Below, in pieces: positions 1 to 10,961 of a stretch of DNA of 64,000 nt; the stretch's first letter is position 1; every line of letters starts with the position of its first letter. The position numbers and the translations under genes were made by a program. Origin of the DNA: Trichosphaerium sp. ATCC 40318. Taxonomy: Eukaryota; Protista; Tubulinea. The stretch spans positions 372,001-436,000 of the forward strand of contig JALMLS010000179.1 in the NCBI GenBank assembly GCA_038496445.1, read 5' to 3'. Under the pieces are notes generated by a model that made no database searches, was not told where the DNA came from, and saw only the letters and a list, made by a program, of their open reading frames with translations.

Positions 1-1465
1 GGTAGATTCTGGACGTGAACTCGCCAAATTAGCTGGTTACACTGCTCGCTTACATGACTTCAGTTCTGTTCTTGAAGATGTCCGCAATGGTATGAATTAT
101 ACATTTCGGTGTAATCTCTGAAATACCCTTTAGGAAAGTTTGTTCGGTCTACAGTAAAGACTGAAGAAGGTGATGATAAAACAGAAAAATTAGACGTTTC
201 TGAAGCGAAAGGAAAGTTAGTAGAGCTTGACCAAACACCACGTGCGTAAATCTATCTTAGCTTGTTATTGTTTTGTTGTTTGAAGGCGTTAGCTGACTTT
301 TTTTTTCTACTTTAGCTGTTATTGAGTTCGATCAAGTACCAGTCGTCACACCAAATGGAGATATACTCGTACGATGTACGTGTTGTCAGATATTATTAGC
401 AGACTTAATTCATTGAATTTTTTTTATTGATTTCTATTATTAGCACTTTCATTCAAGATAAAGGCCGGTATGAATTGTCTTGTTGCTGGACCAAACGGTT
501 GCGGTAAATCATCGCTATTCAGAATCCTTGGTAACTTGTGGCCGGTATACTCTGGAACCGTACGACGCCTTCTTTTCGCAAAAGAATAATTTCTTAACCG
601 ATACTTTTTAGGTAACTCGTCCAAGTGGTAAGAACTTGTTTTATGTTCCACAGTACGTCATATCTTTGTTGTGCTTGTGTTTACTGTTTTTTGTAGAAAA
701 CCATACCTCACTTTGGGTACTCTCCGAGACCAAGTTGTATACCCTTGGTCTTGGGAAGAAGCCTATGAGAACGGTGTTACACAGAAATACTTGCACGAGC
801 TTTTCTTGATTGTAAAATTGGATCATGTTGTAGAACGTGAAGGTGGATGGGAAGCAAAACAAGATTGGACCGACGTATTATCCGGTATGCTTTATCACCA
901 AATATAAGGCGACAACCAAAACCCCAAAAACGTCAAGAACCCATTTGGCTTTTGTATTTTTTTTGTTTGTTTCAAGATTGGGTTGTTGAGCATTTTAATT
1001 ATCTTTTTTTTTGTCTCTAAAACTGATGGTTTAGGTGGTGAGAAGCAGAAGATGGCCATGGCACGTTTATTTTTACATAAGCCACAATTCGCAATTCTTG
1101 ATGAATGTACCTCTGCAATGAGCGTAGATGTTGAGGTATGTCTTTCTTTCTATTTGATCTGTTCTTGGAGCCTTTGTTGCGAATCTATGACTCATTCTAT
1201 GTATTAGGGCGATACTTATAATCACTGTAAGAAGCTAGGAATCACTCTATTTACTGTATCCCATAGGTATGTGCCAAAGACTGCTAAGTTTTGTTTTTTT
1301 TGTATTTTCCAGCATTGTGGTTCGCTTGTTTTCAGCCCTTTTGACACTTTATTTAGAAAGAGCTTATGGCAATACCATGATTATGTAATTATGTTTGATG
1401 GTCGTGGTTCAGTAGACTTCAAGAATATTGATCACTCCAACAATGAGGACTTTTTTGGTAGTTAA
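1..1465 (+). CDS. Peroxisomal ABC transporter (ABCD/PMP70 family), 3' portion, multi-exon
   Basis: Spliced exons read [21 protein letters not shown], Walker [48 protein letters not shown] and [14 protein letters not shown], all typical of ABCD. GT-AG introns; stop at 1463-1465. Confidence 0.93.
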
Positions 1466-2101
1466 AGAAAAAGACAAAAAGTTCAGTATATTTGCTTTAG
1501 TTCAAAAAATGAATGACTCCCCCCTATATTAACAAACCAATTTCCGTACACAACAGCGTTGTATAAATAAAGCATAGTCTCGTATAAAAACAACTTATAA
1601 AAGGCGAATATGGTGATTGTACAGGCAACAAGTTAGTTGATGCTAAAAATGATTAAACAGTTAAGGCGCCCTTAAGTCAAGTTGTCGAACTAACGCGTTA
1701 ACTTTCAATCAGTACGGTCAAACACGTGACGCTGTTATCATAATCTCAACGTACGTCAGTTCGGAAATCCAATACAAAGATTTCAAGGTTTAAAAAGTGC
1801 ACTGATTTAAACCAATGTTAGTCTTTTTCTTCGGTTTCTCGAACATCTACAAAATGGCCATTCAAAAGTATCCTCCAACAATCTTGATTTGATAAAACAA
1901 AAGAGTTTGTTTACATGACATCAGCTTTTTTGTTTCTTGCATACCATTCCAATTTGCTTTGTTGTACTGACCTTCATACAGTTGCGAATATCAAAATTGA
2001 CTCAGTACATTAAGGTCTTTATTTGCTCTTTGAGTTTCTGAGATAGAAGTCTAAAGCTTTGAATATAATACAATAACCTTTAAAACCAAGCTAAGGAGAT
2101 T

Positions 2102-2680
2102 CTAGTCGCGGTATTTTTCAGGTCCAGCAAAGGATTTGTAGAGTGTGTATTTATACTTCTTAGCTGCGTTATCAAGCATTATTTTCATCATCATCAAGTG
2201 AACAGGAGCTGAGAAGAACAAGTACCACCAACCAGGCCATGATTTTGTTTGAATTATAGAATCAACCTCTAAAGTGGCTTCATCATACCTATTACGCACA
2301 GAAAATCGCAGTCTAGACGGTTTTTGTTAGTACGAACAAAGCGCGTAGACAGTACAAAGATTGATTGGTTTTTTTTGAATAGTTTTTTCGAATTGTACCG
2401 ATGTTCTAGATGGTTGTCTCGCTTAACCATGACAACACTATTATTCGTGCTTTGTTCTGTTTTGAAATCACAAAATCCTTCTTCCAAATCGATATTCTCA
2501 ACTTTATCAGGCGTGAAATAAGCAGGTGTCATGCCATAATTACTAACAATCATATCTCGAAGTTGTGCAGCATATAACATAAGTTTTGGTGTACTATGGA
2601 AAAAGCTTTGAGCAAAAACACGGAGTCTTTCTTTTTCTGTTCTTCTGGTTGTATCTGGAGCGTGCTTTAGTCTATCACGT
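2102..2680 (-). CDS. Hypothetical protein (multi-exon, ends uncertain)
   Basis: ORFs 2269-2580 and 2102-2299 appear joined by a GT-AG intron and have protein-like composition. No family recognised. Confidence 0.4.
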
Positions 2681-3466
2681 GTTAGCTAAATGGCTGGTTG
2701 CAATATAAATACGAGAGTAGTGGCTATACGCTAGAAAGGGAGTTGCCAGGTTTTTTTTGTCAAAAAAGAAGTTTTGGTAACCGAAACGGCGTTTTCACAA
2801 CACACTAACACGGTGTACTACGCGCAAGTATTGTATTGGTGTATTGCGGTATTTTTTTCGAAAACAATGCTGTCGTACACTACGATGTGTTCTTCTCCTA
2901 AGTATGATGGATGAAAGAAACGATGCGCTCTAAGAAGCGTTGTCTGCACTTTACGGCGTTTTACAAATATTTCAAACCACATCCATCCTAAACCTACTCC
3001 AACAGCGGCTTTACCCCAATGCTTTCTATTGCAGCTATTAGCATGTTTTCTTAACCATAACATTTTGACGTACTTTACCTGTTGCCTAGCTACTGCTAAT
3101 GAATACTTGAAGAAAGGGAGTGACATGAGCGACTGTTGCTCTCCTTTACACCACCAGAGATGTATAAAGTCAAAAAGAGTCAGACTTCAAGAAAAGTTGT
3201 CACAATTTCTCAATTAGCAATAGTGTAATTGCCTCTCAAGTGTCTCTGTTTATACCACGACAATACAAAAACCACCATAACGCAATATACACGCATAACC
3301 GCATTACAATTTACAAGCATCATGGCAACTACACGGATTGTTACGAAAGTACAAAAGACTCTTAAAAAAAACGGTGACAAAGATATTGCAGCTGGTCAGT
3401 GGCGTTTCTTTAAAAAAAATCAGGATTTGGCTTTTCTCGGCCTAAAAGCGCCTTTGGTAAAGAAGA

Positions 3467-3617
3467 TGTCGTATATGACCTTGTCATATTCGTCATTCGT
3501 CATCATTCAGATAACGAAGTACTTAATCCCTATGTATATAAGTTAGTTAATAAATTAGATTTCTCCTTACCTTGTACTATTTACAACGTCTTATAACCGT
3601 AGCTAAGTTATACGACA
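3467..3617 (+). repeat. 5' LTR (151 bp; TGTCGTATA...TATACGACA)
   Basis: TG...CA ends with a 9-bp perfect terminal inverted repeat; internal TATATAA followed by AATAAA. Matches 10778-10898 and 48879-49029. Confidence 0.97.
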
Positions 3618-3619
3618 CG

Positions 3620-3630
3620 TGGCGACACTG
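3620..3630 (+). promoter_or_regulatory. Primer-binding site TGGCGACACTG (tRNA 3' end ...CAGUGUCG-CCA, probably tRNA-Ser)
   Basis: TGG begins 2 nt after the 5' LTR. The tRNA identity is inferred from the G discriminator and a GUCG-CCA end. Confidence 0.7.
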
Positions 3631-4046
3631 GATTTGAATTGGTAAGTATCTAAACACTTTTACTCTCGGCACGCCTTCGTGCAAACACATTCGGAGTACC
3701 CTACGCTCCTCCTCTTGGCTATAAGCCTGCGGCATAGACCGTTTATATCTACATAAGTCGCTCTTTTAGCGCTGTACCTACGTCGGATAGACTCCGGTCG
3801 TGTAAGTCGTTCCATAACGCAAAAACCTTTACGGAGCCAGTTCTTCGTGTAAGTCGAGTTAATCTCGCTAAATCTTGGAATTCTATTCCAACCGGAGCCT
3901 CTCGGAGTGTATTCCCAAGCTCTACAAGGGTATAATAATCCCTCTATAATCAGGCTAATTGCCTTTGTATCTATAAATAAAAAAAACTCTCTCCAACACA
4001 TCTTCTTGTATCGTTCTCTTCTTGGCATTGAGCCTTGTACCACGCC

Positions 4047-7000
4047 ATGTCTGGCTCTCCGTCACAGGCCAAAGACATTGACCTCGGTGTAGGCACGTCG
4101 TCCAGCGACAATACATCAGATCATGACAGTGGCTCGGAGTATGTAGAGACAGAATCATCACAAAGTGATAGTAGTATGAAAGCTGACATGTTAGCTGAAG
4201 AGCAACGAGCAGCTGATCTCGAAAGAGAGCAAGAAACTGAACAACACGAAACTCGTAGTGCAGATGACACTGAAAACAACAGTGCGGTGTATGACAATAT
4301 GACTGGGATATCTTCTAAAAAGAAGACAGTAGAAACTGAACTCATAATTAGTCCCAAAATGTCCGATAAATCACAAAACAATACCGCTATGAAAAAAGGG
4401 TCTAGGCGAATACTTAGCACCTCAGACAAGTCTGTTAACTCGAATAATTCGAGTACTACACTTCCCCCGGTTACATTACCGAAGTCCGCGGGTGATTCAC
4501 AAAAAATCGGAAGTGACTCTTCTAGAAAGAAGAAGTCCAAACACTCTAAAAATAAACGTCATACATCTGACAAAATAAAAGGCACCCTTGGGCTAATACC
4601 CAAGGTTTATGATAATAAGCGTTCTACAATCGATTATTGGTATGCTCTTAGCACTAAAATTGCAAAGAAGCACCGTATTGATGATGAAAATCTCGCAATT
4701 GCGTTGAGATTGAGCATCAAAAATATAGATATTAGCGACATGCTTACTTCCCTCCCTCTCACTGCTACTTCAAAACAAATTTATGAAGCTATCATAGAGG
4801 AGATAGTAACTCCGCTGGATAAAGCGCAAACTGTACTACGTTTTCGTGAGTGTGTTCACATGCAAGATGAACCTTGCAGGAAATATATGAGGCGACTCAA
4901 CGAGTTAGCCATTTACGCAAACAAATCAGTCTCCGAGATTACGGAACAATTTGTGATCGGTCTAAGAAAAGACCTGCAGTCTCAGATATACGCGAAATAT
5001 CTAGAGTACAAAAAAATGTTTGACCAACAGTTAATAACGGCTGAGGCGTATAACAAATGTGTTCTGCAAAAGGCAGAGAAAAAAGAGATTCAATTTAATC
5101 TCTACAATCTCAATACTAACTTAAGTAGTAATGCATATACGTCGTCTTATCCTAAGAGCCGTAATCCTTACGCTGGTAATCTGCAAACAACTAATACGTT
5201 CTCTAACTATGTCACTAAACCCGTACAGTCAGAAAAGGCACGTGACCTTGAAAAAGAAATTGCAAAATTAAGGCAAAAAATTGAAAAACTGACTTCTAAT
5301 AATAGAAAGTACGATAACAATAACCGTAACAACGATAGACGCCCACAAAAGCAACAGCGTAACAACTATCGTCAAAATAACGGTCAACGTGACTGGAATA
5401 ATAACAATCAACGTTACAACAATGACAGAAATTTCAACAATAATCAACGCAATTACAATAACAATCAGCGTAATTATAATAACCAACAAGGTTACAACAA
5501 CAACCAACAAGGTTACAACAACAATAACCAACGTGGTTACAACAACAATAACCAACGTGGTAACAACCAACGTGGTTACAACAACAACAACAATAGTCAA
5601 CAAAGACCAATGTTTATTAACGGCAAAAAACTATGCCGTCATTGCGGTGAAGAACACAAAAATGGTGAAGAATGTCCACATTTCATCACCTGGAAGAATA
5701 GTTTAGTGGATACACGCAAGAAGAATATCGAAAACGCCAAAAAGAGTAAGTCTTCTAATTCGACTACAAACTCTAATGTTGCTCTTTCTTTAGCGCCAGT
5801 ACCACCGCCACCACCGCCACCTCCAAGTCCACCTTTGAATGATCATTCGGTCGACAGTGATTGTGCTCCATTTATACCAGATGACATATCACCACCAAAC
5901 TCTCCCCGTCAACAAAGACGTGCAACAGTACATAAAGTTCCAACAATGAAAATGTTTGGACCAAAAGTACAGAAACTTCTCTACAAATATGAATCTCAAT
6001 CAATCAAAGAACATATTCCAAGCGCCGGCACTAGAGCACTCAGCCTAGATGGCGAAAAGCTTCCTATAGTCACTATTATTATGGCTGGTGTTAAGGTTGA
6101 AGCCATGATCGATTCTGGCTCTACCATCTCTATCATCAGTAAGTCGTGTATCAGAGATATCAATCACGCAATCAAGAGAAATAATGGTAAAGCACCAAAT
6201 GGCAAACAACGTACTCGCCTTGAATACGATCACAGTAAGAAAATACAAGTCACTAGTGACATTCTTAATGACGTTTCTGAATGTACTTTAGGTCTGTTGA
6301 GTACTGGCATAGAATTCATGGACGACTTTCTCTATGAGAACTTCCATGTCATGAAAAAACCAAAATTCAAAGTTGTACTAGGTATTAATACCTTGATGCG
6401 TACCAATGCCATCTGTGATTTTAAAAACGGTATCATTTACTCAGGCGGCGAATACATGACCGTACCTACCTTTGGTACTAAAGCAGCACAGTCCTTCATA
6501 ACAATTAAGAGCGAACCAAGTAGTGAAATTACTGGTAACGCTGCTACCAACTCAAAAACAAGTAGTGAAGACGTCAGTTCTCCAATTCCAATGGTAGATG
6601 ACGATAACCTTCCTACTAGTCCCATGGATGACCTGCAAAAAGAATTCATTGAAGGAGAATACAACGATAATATTCAACTTCAGTCTGAAACCTCATCCAA
6701 CAATTGCGATAAAAAACCTCTCCAAACGCAAAAAGATATTGAAGGCTTTATGGATACAATTGACACCAAAAAGATTCCAATGCACACGGCAGAGATCCGC
6801 TACGAATCAACCGACATCCGAAAGACAGCACTGGTAGCCGACCAATCGCACGAGATCCGCTACACCGACACCATGGGTGCTTGTTTCACTTTCAAACTTC
6901 CTACCCTCCCTCGTAACTCTCAGATAACAGTTACTGAAGCACAAATGTTGCGCAGAAACAACAATGCCAACATCACGGTTCTAGGGTTAGGACAAACCAA

Positions 7001-10000
7001 CAACAACCGTCCAATCGAATTACGTGTTGTCCACCGAGATGGCGACAACATGGACACTCCTATTGTAATCAACAAAGGAGATGTAATCGCTTACGCTTTT
7101 GTAAACCGTTTTGGTAAAGTGTCAATCAACAACAATAAACATAGATCAGATTACACTGTCTTAATTCCTGACGCTGAAAAGTCAAACCTTTCTTTTGAGT
7201 TTAACAAAGCTTCAAAAAACATGCCTACTTTTGATCCAAAAAATGGAACTCCCCCTCCTGTTGAACGTTTTCTCAAACGAAAACCAAACACGTACACTGA
7301 GACATTACCCGAAGTGAAACACAACCTCACACTTAAAGACATACAAGTCAATACTGGTATTCTTTCTAAAGGCCAAAGAAGAGATTTGGTTACTTTACTA
7401 GAACATAAGGGTACACGTGTTTATACAGAACCTGAACAGTTCGGTCAAGTTAAATACCCACCTATCAAACTTAAAATCAGAGCTAATGCAGTACCACATA
7501 GAGTCAAACGTAGACGATATGCAGATAAGTATGAAAAACGCCTTCAAAAATGTGTTGACAGATTAGTTGCACAAGGCATAGTTTCTAAGGTTTCTGGTTC
7601 TGATTGGGTTTCTCACGCCATGGTTATCAAAAAGAGAAGTGGCGATGATCGTTTTATAATTGACCCAGCTAAAGTTAATGAAAATACGGAGTTCTATCCG
7701 TATCAAATACCTGATTGTAATGAAATGTTAAATAAATTTGCAAAATGGAAAATAAAATGCGCTCATGATTTACCTCAAGGTTTCTTCCAGTTTCTTATTG
7801 ACAAGAGTAGTCGTAAGTATACTGCCTTTGTTACTAAAGAAGGCGTATATGTCTTCAATGTTCTATCTATGGGTTATAAGAACTCACCTGGTGAGTTCCA
7901 AGAAGCGATGAACAATATATTCAGTTCGCTCGAACACACTGAACCCTACTTTGATGATGTTGGCACAGGCGCCAACACAGTCGATCAAATGTTAAAACAT
8001 CTAGAAGAGTTCTATGATGTTTGTATTAAATACAATGTACGCATGTCACCGAAAAAGACTGTTTTATTTGCTACAGAAATGGACCACCTAGGTCACACGC
8101 TTGTCGGTAAAGCCATTGTACCTAGTGAACAAAAAATTAATAAACTTCTTTCTGTCACAAAGCCTACTGGTAAAAAACAGCTTAGCTCAATTATTCACTT
8201 AGCTGGTTACTACCGAAAGTTTGTTAAAGACTTCGCTGGTATAACTCAGCCTCTTACTAAGCTTCTTAAAGAAGATGTTCCCTTTGTTTGGAATGAGTCG
8301 GTTCAAGGTAAAGCCTGGAACGATTTAATTGGTAAACTCACTTCGTACCCAGTCTTAGTCCCTCCTGACTTCTCTAAACCCTTTATTCTCCACACAGACG
8401 CATGCAAATATGCAATTGGCGCTATACTTGAACAAGAATACAATGGAGAACTACATGTTGTAGAGTACTTCTCTAAAAAACTAGCACCTGAAAGAGTGTT
8501 AAAATGGGAAATATGGAAAAAGGAATGCTGGGCAATGGTAGCCGCTATCACTAAATTCAGGCACTACCTCTTACCTAACAAGTTCACAGTAGTGACTGAT
8601 CATAAAGCATTGCTGTATCTAAAAAACTTTAAAGAACCTGAACCAATGTTAATGCGTTGGGTAATGAAACTCTCTGAGTACGATTTCGATGTAATGTACC
8701 GTAGAGGTAAATCCCATGCTAATGCTGATGCGCTCTCACGATTAGAGTTTGAAGACGACAAAGATTATCAAGAGGATCTAGACGATCTTCTAGATCCAAA
8801 AGATTTAGAAAAAGCAAACCTCAAATTTAACATCAAAGACGTCAATGGAAACGTTGTTCATACAGTTAACAACACTACTGTATCTACTAGTTCTGAATTT
8901 GTACCAGAACTTAAACAAAGAAAAATAAATATCAGAAAATTACAAGAATCTGATCCTGATTTATTTCCTTTAATTGCTGAGCTCAGAACATCTAAAGTTA
9001 CTCAGCCAAAGAATACTCGTAATGGCACATTCGCCTTAGACGCTGATGGCGTTCTTAATAATTTCACTGTTCCTCCTGGACACGTAAAGGCGAATGGTGT
9101 GTTTCGAATTGTGATACCCAATAGTTTAAAGGAAGATGTCCTAAGACACTTCCATGACTCACTTCTTGGCGCTCATGTTGGCGTTAATAAAATGTATCAC
9201 AATATTAAAACTCGTTTCTACTGGAAAAATATGTTAGCAGACATCCAGAATTACACATCCAAATGTGATATCTGCCAAAAGCGTAAATTCCGTTCAAAGA
9301 CTACTAAGGATGGTCATATGATCCCAATCACTGCTAAACATCCTTGGGATATAATAGCTGTGGACATATCTGGTCCTTTCCCTACTTCTTATAGAGGTAA
9401 CTCTTATGTACTCTCTATCTCAGATCTGCTATCTAAATGGCACGAGTTCGTTCCAATGAGCTCGACAACATCCGACTTAGTCGCGGACGCTATTTGTGAA
9501 CGCATTATAACCAAGTTTGGTGCGTTCAGAGCTATTATTAGTGATAACGGCTCTAACTTTCGCAGTGCTATAATCAGCAAAATCTGTGAAACTCTTAAAA
9601 TCGAAAATCGATTTATTTCACCATACAATCCTCAATGTAATGGCCAAGCTGAAAGGTCTTTTGGTACAGCAGTACCTCTACTTCGTGCGCTTACCGCAAA
9701 TGACCCTCACGAATGGGACAATAAACTTCCTTTCCTTCAGTTTGCCTTCAATAGTACTATCAACCGTACCATAGGTGTTAGCCCACACTTTGCTCTTTTT
9801 GGTAGAGAACCTAGATTGCCAATCGACCAAGTGTATGCAACTAACATCCCTACTGATCACATTGATGCAGCAACTTATACAGCTAACATGGTTAAGACCA
9901 TTGCTGATACCCAAGAACTCGTCAGGCAGCATACGCAAAAGCGTCAAGCTGAATATCAAAAGTACAAAGATAGAAACGTACCTGATGAAATCAAGAAGTT

Positions 10001-10763
10001 CTCCATCGGACAACAAGTCTTGGTATGGAAAGAACTACAAGGCGAAGGTCCTAAAAAACTAAAAAATAAGAGACACGGTCCATACACAGTAACAGGTGTC
10101 ATCGGTCCAAAAACTTATAAATTACGGCATAATGAAAAAGGCCATACCGAAAGCGTTGACATGAAACGCATAATCGAGTACAAGTCACACGACTCAGTTG
10201 AGCGTGTTGATAGAGAAACACGTGAAGCAGTTAATAAGCTTCTTAAAAACCTACCTCACGCTAAATACCATCTTCGTGATGATGAACCTTATGATCGAAT
10301 TTTCAATGCTGAAAATATCGATTCTCAAAAAATTCCGAGTCAAATCGTACCAAGCTCGGTCGCCGTAAACGTTGAGGGTGACAATGATATCACTCCATCA
10401 ACAGTCTCTCCTCCTGCCTCACAACCTCCACCTCCGAAAGATACTGTCTCTGAAGTTGCAGTCGAACAGTCCAAAGAATATCCTCCTCTTATGAAAACGT
10501 TTAAAGAAATGCTTGAAAACATACGCGATAAAATCGCTAAGACAACAAGAGCTAAACTTCACAGCTCTTTCCGATCAAACCTGAAGAACATGGTTGAACC
10601 AAGTGCTGGCTTTATTAAGAACAGAGACCGCGCTACTAATTACAAACGCGAAATTACAAAAGCCACTACAAAAGATCAAGCTCTCACTCTATTGGATAGA
10701 TGGATTAACCACTTTGACGCTGAGTTCGAACATGAAATTCAGAAGCCGAGACGGTTCTCTTAA
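4047..10763 (+). CDS. Gypsy Gag-Pol polyprotein (Gag, aspartic protease, RT, RNase H, integrase)
   Basis: Uninterrupted ORF of about 2240 aa; first ATG at 4047. CRHCGEEHKNGEEC knuckle, AMIDSGS protease, DLPQGFFQ..MGYKNSP..YFDD RT, LHTDAC..EC..TDHKAL..ADALSR RNase H, H-H-C-C plus VDISGP..SDNGSNF..PQCNGQAER integrase. Confidence 0.97.
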   Translation: MSGSPSQAKDIDLGVGTSSSDNTSDHDSGSEYVETESSQSDSSMKADMLAEEQRAADLEREQETEQHETRSADDTENNSAVYDNMTGISSKKKTVETELIISPKMSDKSQNNTAMKKGSRRILSTSDKSVNSNNSSTTLPPVTLPKSAGDSQKIGSDSSRKKKSKHSKNKRHTSDKIKGTLGLIPKVYDNKRSTIDYWYALSTKIAKKHRIDDENLAIALRLSIKNIDISDMLTSLPLTATSKQIYEAIIEEIVTPLDKAQTVLRFRECVHMQDEPCRKYMRRLNELAIYANKSVSEITEQFVIGLRKDLQSQIYAKYLEYKKMFDQQLITAEAYNKCVLQKAEKKEIQFNLYNLNTNLSSNAYTSSYPKSRNPYAGNLQTTNTFSNYVTKPVQSEKARDLEKEIAKLRQKIEKLTSNNRKYDNNNRNNDRRPQKQQRNNYRQNNGQRDWNNNNQRYNNDRNFNNNQRNYNNNQRNYNNQQGYNNNQQGYNNNNQRGYNNNNQRGNNQRGYNNNNNSQQRPMFINGKKLCRHCGEEHKNGEECPHFITWKNSLVDTRKKNIENAKKSKSSNSTTNSNVALSLAPVPPPPPPPPSPPLNDHSVDSDCAPFIPDDISPPNSPRQQRRATVHKVPTMKMFGPKVQKLLYKYESQSIKEHIPSAGTRALSLDGEKLPIVTIIMAGVKVEAMIDSGSTISIISKSCIRDINHAIKRNNGKAPNGKQRTRLEYDHSKKIQVTSDILNDVSECTLGLLSTGIEFMDDFLYENFHVMKKPKFKVVLGINTLMRTNAICDFKNGIIYSGGEYMTVPTFGTKAAQSFITIKSEPSSEITGNAATNSKTSSEDVSSPIPMVDDDNLPTSPMDDLQKEFIEGEYNDNIQLQSETSSNNCDKKPLQTQKDIEGFMDTIDTKKIPMHTAEIRYESTDIRKTALVADQSHEIRYTDTMGACFTFKLPTLPRNSQITVTEAQMLRRNNNANITVLGLGQTNNNRPIELRVVHRDGDNMDTPIVINKGDVIAYAFVNRFGKVSINNNKHRSDYTVLIPDAEKSNLSFEFNKASKNMPTFDPKNGTPPPVERFLKRKPNTYTETLPEVKHNLTLKDIQVNTGILSKGQRRDLVTLLEHKGTRVYTEPEQFGQVKYPPIKLKIRANAVPHRVKRRRYADKYEKRLQKCVDRLVAQGIVSKVSGSDWVSHAMVIKKRSGDDRFIIDPAKVNENTEFYPYQIPDCNEMLNKFAKWKIKCAHDLPQGFFQFLIDKSSRKYTAFVTKEGVYVFNVLSMGYKNSPGEFQEAMNNIFSSLEHTEPYFDDVGTGANTVDQMLKHLEEFYDVCIKYNVRMSPKKTVLFATEMDHLGHTLVGKAIVPSEQKINKLLSVTKPTGKKQLSSIIHLAGYYRKFVKDFAGITQPLTKLLKEDVPFVWNESVQGKAWNDLIGKLTSYPVLVPPDFSKPFILHTDACKYAIGAILEQEYNGELHVVEYFSKKLAPERVLKWEIWKKECWAMVAAITKFRHYLLPNKFTVVTDHKALLYLKNFKEPEPMLMRWVMKLSEYDFDVMYRRGKSHANADALSRLEFEDDKDYQEDLDDLLDPKDLEKANLKFNIKDVNGNVVHTVNNTTVSTSSEFVPELKQRKINIRKLQESDPDLFPLIAELRTSKVTQPKNTRNGTFALDADGVLNNFTVPPGHVKANGVFRIVIPNSLKEDVLRHFHDSLLGAHVGVNKMYHNIKTRFYWKNMLADIQNYTSKCDICQKRKFRSKTTKDGHMIPITAKHPWDIIAVDISGPFPTSYRGNSYVLSISDLLSKWHEFVPMSSTTSDLVADAICERIITKFGAFRAIISDNGSNFRSAIISKICETLKIENRFISPYNPQCNGQAERSFGTAVPLLRALTANDPHEWDNKLPFLQFAFNSTINRTIGVSPHFALFGREPRLPIDQVYATNIPTDHIDAATYTANMVKTIADTQELVRQHTQKRQAEYQKYKDRNVPDEIKKFSIGQQVLVWKELQGEGPKKLKNKRHGPYTVTGVIGPKTYKLRHNEKGHTESVDMKRIIEYKSHDSVERVDRETREAVNKLLKNLPHAKYHLRDDEPYDRIFNAENIDSQKIPSQIVPSSVAVNVEGDNDITPSTVSPPASQPPPPKDTVSEVAVEQSKEYPPLMKTFKEMLENIRDKIAKTTRAKLHSSFRSNLKNMVEPSAGFIKNRDRATNYKREITKATTKDQALTLLDRWINHFDAEFEHEIQKPRRFS
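5296..5600 (+). repeat. Asn/Gln/Arg/Gly/Tyr low-complexity tandem repeats in Gag (NNNQRGY-type)
   Basis: Repeated aacaacaataaccaacgtggttac units. Confidence 0.9.
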
Positions 10764-10775
10764 AAACGGAGGGAG
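10762..10775 (+). promoter_or_regulatory. Polypurine tract
   Basis: aaaaacggagggag directly upstream of the 3' LTR. Confidence 0.8.
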
Positions 10776-10777
10776 TA

Positions 10778-10961
10778 TGTCGTATATGACCTTGTCATAT
10801 TCGTCATTCGTCATCATTCAGATAACGAAGTACTTAATCCCTATGTATATAAGTTAGTTAATAAATTAGATTTCTCCTTACCTTGTACTATTTACAACTT
10901 TTGTATGTCTTCTTTGTAGATGTCTTTGAATATCTTTGTCGTATAACTTAGCTACGGTTAT
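10778..10961 (+). repeat. 3' LTR, rearranged (10778-10898 direct; last about 25 bp inverted at 10937-10961)
   Basis: Matches the 5' LTR up to ...tttacaac. tgtcgtataacttagctacggttat is the reverse complement of the LTR end. Confidence 0.95.

Larger units (their letters stand above)
3467..10961 (+). mobile_element. Ty3/Gypsy LTR retrotransposon, full length, 4-bp TSD AAGA
   Basis: 5' LTR 3467-3617, PBS, single gag-pol ORF in PR-RT-RH-IN order, PPT, 3' LTR from 10778. TSD aaga at 3463-3466 and, inverted, tctt at 10933-10936. Confidence 0.97.

Noticed and set aside
4121-10857. Numerous short antisense or alternate-frame ORFs within the Gypsy element (possible env or antisense gene)
   Set aside because: Shadows of gag-pol, with no independent motif. 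There is no room for env between the pol stop and the PPT.
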